From Fidelibacterota bacterium (GTDB taxonomy: Bacteria; Fidelibacterota; Marinisomatia; Marinisomatales; TCS56), in the NCBI GenBank assembly GCA_043822705.1, contig JBDRBK010000076.1, positions 1-10,342 of the forward strand: 10,342 bases of DNA, given 5' to 3'. Positions 7,279 through 10,342 of the stretch are shown piece by piece. How positions within the stretch are numbered: position 1 is the first letter of the stretch; each line of letters begins with the position of its first letter. The position numbers were made by a program, and so were the translations under genes. The notes beneath the pieces were generated by a model. That model saw nothing but the letters and a program-made list of their open reading frames with translations. It was not told where the DNA came from and did no database searches.

Positions 7279-9474
7279 CTATAGACAGTAATTCAAGGTT
7301 ATAGCCAGATTCCGCTCCGGTCCCATATTCCTTTCCAGGTCGACATAATAATACTGGAACAGGTTCTCTACCCGAACCAGCAAATCCAACCCACCGCGGC
7401 CGTAGCCAACCCCCGCATTCCAGACATGAACCGGCACCCGCCGGTCCTGTCCGGTAACACTGTCTTCCTGGAATAATTCCACGCTTTCAATCCGCGACCC
7501 GTAACGGTAATCCACCCGGAAGGAAAAATCATACAATTTCCAGACGACCTGCGGCGTAAAGGAATGGCGGTAGCGGTAGGACAGTGTGTCTATGACCGTG
7601 CCCCGGGCATCCAGCGCCACCGGATCCAGCCAGGTATAGGCCAGCGTTATCAGCAGGTGATCGCCGGCTATTCCCAGACTTGTGCCGATTTCGGCACCGC
7701 GGATTCGGCCGCGGGTCACGTTTTCGAAATGGATGACACCGATGATGTCGGGCGTCGGCTCGATCAGATTCCGGAAATCATTCTTAAAAACGGCGGCATC
7801 CAGGGTTAAGAATGACAATAATCCGAACCCCGGCAGGCGCAGACTGCCGCCCACCTCCTGTGACAGGCTGGTTTCAGGAATCAGATCGGGATTCGGCTCG
7901 ACCTTAAAAACATTCAACTGGGAACTGGAATATTGTTCGGCGATCGTCGGCATTCGGAAGCCACGTCCGATAGATGCCCGTAACGACAGGCCCTCGTTCA
8001 GGCTGAAGTTACCGGCCAGTTGTGGTGCGAACAGCCGCGCCCGGGATTTTCCATCGACGGCGTAATCTTCCAGCCGGCCGCCCAGCATCATGGAGAAATT
8101 CCAGGGGAATTTTTTTTCGGCCAGACCGAAGATGGCGGTGGTGGCGTCCCGGTGCCGGCCAAATATTTTGGCATCGATGGTGGCATGCTGGCGGGCGATC
8201 CCGAAACCGGTGTTAAAACCCGGCGACCAGGTTTTTTCCACCTGCCATTCGCCGTACAGCTTTCGCTCTTCGGAATCGTCGTTGTTGGAGCCCCGGTTAT
8301 GCCAGCGCACATCATAGAGGGCGCCCTTCCATTTCCAGACGGTCCGCGGCGAATAGATAAAATTGAAAAAACCATTCAGGTTGAATTTAGTACCGTTCGA
8401 ACGATCATTCGCCGAACCGGCAGGCGCTTCGAACGGGTCCGCGGCGCTCTTCCACTGGGATTCCACCCCGCGTTCATCGGCCAGTAAATTGCCGTAAATC
8501 GATGCGCTGTAGCGCTCGCCGAAATTCAGTTTTATTTTCCCGGTCAGATTGAGCACCCGCCCCCACCCCAGCGCGGTGTAACCGTCGGTTTCGCGACCCT
8601 GGGCCCGAATCCAGTAGCTGTGGGTATTCCAGGGCTGCGAGTGGGAAATCTCCAGTATATTAAAAAGTCCGGGAGTATCACGCCAGCGCCACTGATTGAA
8701 ACGGGGCTGGTCGTAGACACCGGATATCAGGCGCACCCGGGTTTCCGGTCTAGCCGCCGCCGAACGGGTGATAATATTCAGCACTCCGCCCATGGCGCTG
8801 GAACCGTACAGGGCCGAACCGCCGGTTTTAACGATCTCGATCCGGTCGATCTCGGTTGTGGGAATTATCGCCCAGGTAATATTGCCGGCGGCGCTGCCGG
8901 TCAGGGGCACGCCGTCCAGCAACAGCAGGGACCGATTGCCCGCGCCCAGAGTGTAGCCGGAAGCGCCCCGGATATTTAGTTGATCCTTGACAATCTGGAC
9001 GCCCGGTTCGTAGGGCAACACGGTTTCCAGGCTGATCGCCGCCCGCTCCTGGATTTGTCGCAGACCGATCACGGATACGGATACCGGCGAATCGAGAATT
9101 TCCTGGACTTTGCGGCTGGCGGTGACCGTCACCTGCGGCGCCTTGACCGCGGTTGGCTTCAGTTCGATCTTCAGTTTGAGCCGGGAACCGTCATCCACCA
9201 AGATATCCTCTTGAGTGAATTTCCGGTAGCCGATCATACTGACGATCAGGGTGTAGCGTCCGGCCGGCAGATTGGGGATGATGAATTCACCGCCCAGATC
9301 GGTGGCGGCGCCTAAAAATGAATTCTTCAGGAAAACATTGGCTCCCACCAGCGCCTGGCCGGTGCCGGCGTCGGTGACCGTACCGGAAATCTGTCCGGTG
9401 TTTTCCCCGAGCTGGGCGGACAAGTGCAGTGCGAAAACCAGAACCAGGAGAAGTGTGTATCGGAATAGATTCAC
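7279..9474 (-). CDS. TonB-dependent outer-membrane receptor with an N-terminal carboxypeptidase-regulatory-like domain
   Basis: GTG start and signal peptide. N-domain GQISGTVTDAGTGQALVGANV...GAATDLGGEF...SMIGY, TonB-box-like QVTVTASR, plug IRG...LLLLDGVP...IDRIEIVKTGGSALYGSSAMGGVLNIIT, barrel motifs GRGFRMPT and NPDLIPE, and terminal VENLF...PERN. Substrate cannot be determined. Confidence 0.93.
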   Translation of the reverse strand: MNLFRYTLLLVLVFALHLSAQLGENTGQISGTVTDAGTGQALVGANVFLKNSFLGAATDLGGEFIIPNLPAGRYTLIVSMIGYRKFTQEDILVDDGSRLKLKIELKPTAVKAPQVTVTASRKVQEILDSPVSVSVIGLRQIQERAAISLETVLPYEPGVQIVKDQLNIRGASGYTLGAGNRSLLLLDGVPLTGSAAGNITWAIIPTTEIDRIEIVKTGGSALYGSSAMGGVLNIITRSAAARPETRVRLISGVYDQPRFNQWRWRDTPGLFNILEISHSQPWNTHSYWIRAQGRETDGYTALGWGRVLNLTGKIKLNFGERYSASIYGNLLADERGVESQWKSAADPFEAPAGSANDRSNGTKFNLNGFFNFIYSPRTVWKWKGALYDVRWHNRGSNNDDSEERKLYGEWQVEKTWSPGFNTGFGIARQHATIDAKIFGRHRDATTAIFGLAEKKFPWNFSMMLGGRLEDYAVDGKSRARLFAPQLAGNFSLNEGLSLRASIGRGFRMPTIAEQYSSSQLNVFKVEPNPDLIPETSLSQEVGGSLRLPGFGLLSFLTLDAAVFKNDFRNLIEPTPDIIGVIHFENVTRGRIRGAEIGTSLGIAGDHLLITLAYTWLDPVALDARGTVIDTLSYRYRHSFTPQVVWKLYDFSFRVDYRYGSRIESVELFQEDSVTGQDRRVPVHVWNAGVGYGRGGLDLLVRVENLFQYYYVDLERNMGPERNLAITLNYCL

Positions 9475-9478
9475 GGCG

Positions 9479-9979
9479 TCAATCGAACCTGATGATTATT
9501 GGAGCATCGATATATTTTACCACGCCGGCCCGGCCGAGGCCGATGCTCCGGATCGATTCAAATAAATTATCGGGATCAATCAAGGCAACCAGGGGAATGT
9601 CTTCACCGGTCAGGATCGAATCAATATTGGCGACGAAGTATCCCGGATCCAGCAAAATGCCAACCGGAACCAGCAGGTAAGCTCCGGGGTTGAGTTGAAT
9701 GAAATAATCTAGGATGGACGCTCCCGGTAGCAACAGTTCGCTGTAAGCAACCAGATGATCCTGCGGATTCTGGAAATCAGCCGAATCCAGCACCACAACG
9801 GCGATTCCTCGGATCGAGTCCGGCCAGGTTCCGACTGTTTCCAGCCGTCCCTCCACACCGGTTACCGGTTCCAGCCCGGTGGGAGCCGAGCAGGCCAGTA
9901 ATATCAGCAGGGCCAGAGCTACGACCGATAACGGCCGGATAGCAAAACGGGAACGAGTAATAAAAACAGGTGTTCGCAC
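9479..9979 (-). CDS. Hypothetical lipoprotein associated with the TonB-dependent receptor
   Basis: 166-aa ORF filling the space between the regulator and the receptor (4-nt gap to the receptor start). Hydrophobic stretch ending in lipobox LLA-C. The GTG start position is uncertain. Confidence 0.7.
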   Translation of the reverse strand: MRTPVFITRSRFAIRPLSVVALALLILLACSAPTGLEPVTGVEGRLETVGTWPDSIRGIAVVVLDSADFQNPQDHLVAYSELLLPGASILDYFIQLNPGAYLLVPVGILLDPGYFVANIDSILTGEDIPLVALIDPDNLFESIRSIGLGRAGVVKYIDAPIIIRFD

Positions 9980-10008
9980 GGCGGTAAATTAGGCAAGCGG
10001 CAGAAAAA

Positions 10009-10342
10009 TCAGATATTGTTCTTGAGTGCGTAACGGACCAGACTGGCCACGTCGTGAATGTTCAGTTTGGCCATGATATTGGCGCGGTGGGTCTCGACTG
10101 TTGACGGTGCCAGATGCAGTTTTTCGGCGATTTTCCGGGAAGTATGTCCCTCGGCGACCAGATGCAGAATCTGGCGCTCCCGGCGCGTCAACTTGTCGGG
10201 CGCTTCGCTGCTGCCGGAGGAGGCTGTCTGTTGCCGGTAGGCCTCGACCATCACTTTCGAAACGGCGGGACTGAAATATACCTGATCATTACTGACGGCC
10301 CGAATGGCATCGATCAGATTATTGGCGGCTGTTTGTTTCACC
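10009..10342 (-). CDS. NarL/FixJ-family response regulator (LuxR-type HTH), 5' end outside window
   Basis: End of the receiver domain (VKQTAANNLIDAIRAV...YFSP) followed by LTRRERQILHLVAEGHTSRKIAEKLHLAPSTVETHRANIMAKL, a canonical LuxR HTH. Confidence 0.93.
   Translation of the reverse strand, partial: VKQTAANNLIDAIRAVSNDQVYFSPAVSKVMVEAYRQQTASSGSSEAPDKLTRRERQILHLVAEGHTSRKIAEKLHLAPSTVETHRANIMAKLNIHDVASLVRYALKNNI

Noticed and set aside
7279..9474. Naming the receptor btuB, cirA or susC
   Set aside because: The plug motif is generic, no cobalamin riboswitch or Fur box is visible, the protein is too short for SusC and there is no SusD-like partner.
7564..9693. Series of + strand ORFs opposite the TonB receptor and lipoprotein
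   Set aside because: Antisense shadows of confident minus-strand genes, with no motifs.
10009..10341. Stand-alone 110-aa LuxR protein starting at GTG 10341
   Set aside because: The first residues match the end of a receiver domain, so the gene is truncated by the window edge.
1..10342. CRISPR array, tRNA/rRNA, transposase, integrase or defence genes
   Set aside because: No regularly spaced repeats or RNA-gene signatures were seen, and nearly all of the sequence is accounted for by the listed CDSs.

Overview
Bacterial chromosomal window with two converging gene blocks that meet at a perfect bidirectional intrinsic terminator (5108-5147). The + strand carries a tightly coupled shikimate-pathway operon (5'-truncated aroE, aroC, aroK, aroB, aroQ) followed by an Omp85-superfamily outer-membrane barrel with no room for POTRA domains. 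The - strand carries, in transcription order, a 5'-truncated NarL/LuxR-type response regulator, a small lipoprotein, a TonB-dependent receptor, an acidic lipocalin-like lipoprotein and a FadL/OmpP1-family outer-membrane channel. The organism is a diderm. The outer-membrane protein styles resemble the FCB superphylum, and clear Shine-Dalgarno sequences hint at a non-Bacteroidota member (inference only). The most interesting part is 3777-9979: five consecutive envelope genes, including a lower-GC lipoprotein+FadL pair with an internal terminator and a recurring AATTACAG motif. This may be an uncharacterised uptake or outer-membrane assembly module. No RNA genes, CRISPR arrays or mobile elements were seen.
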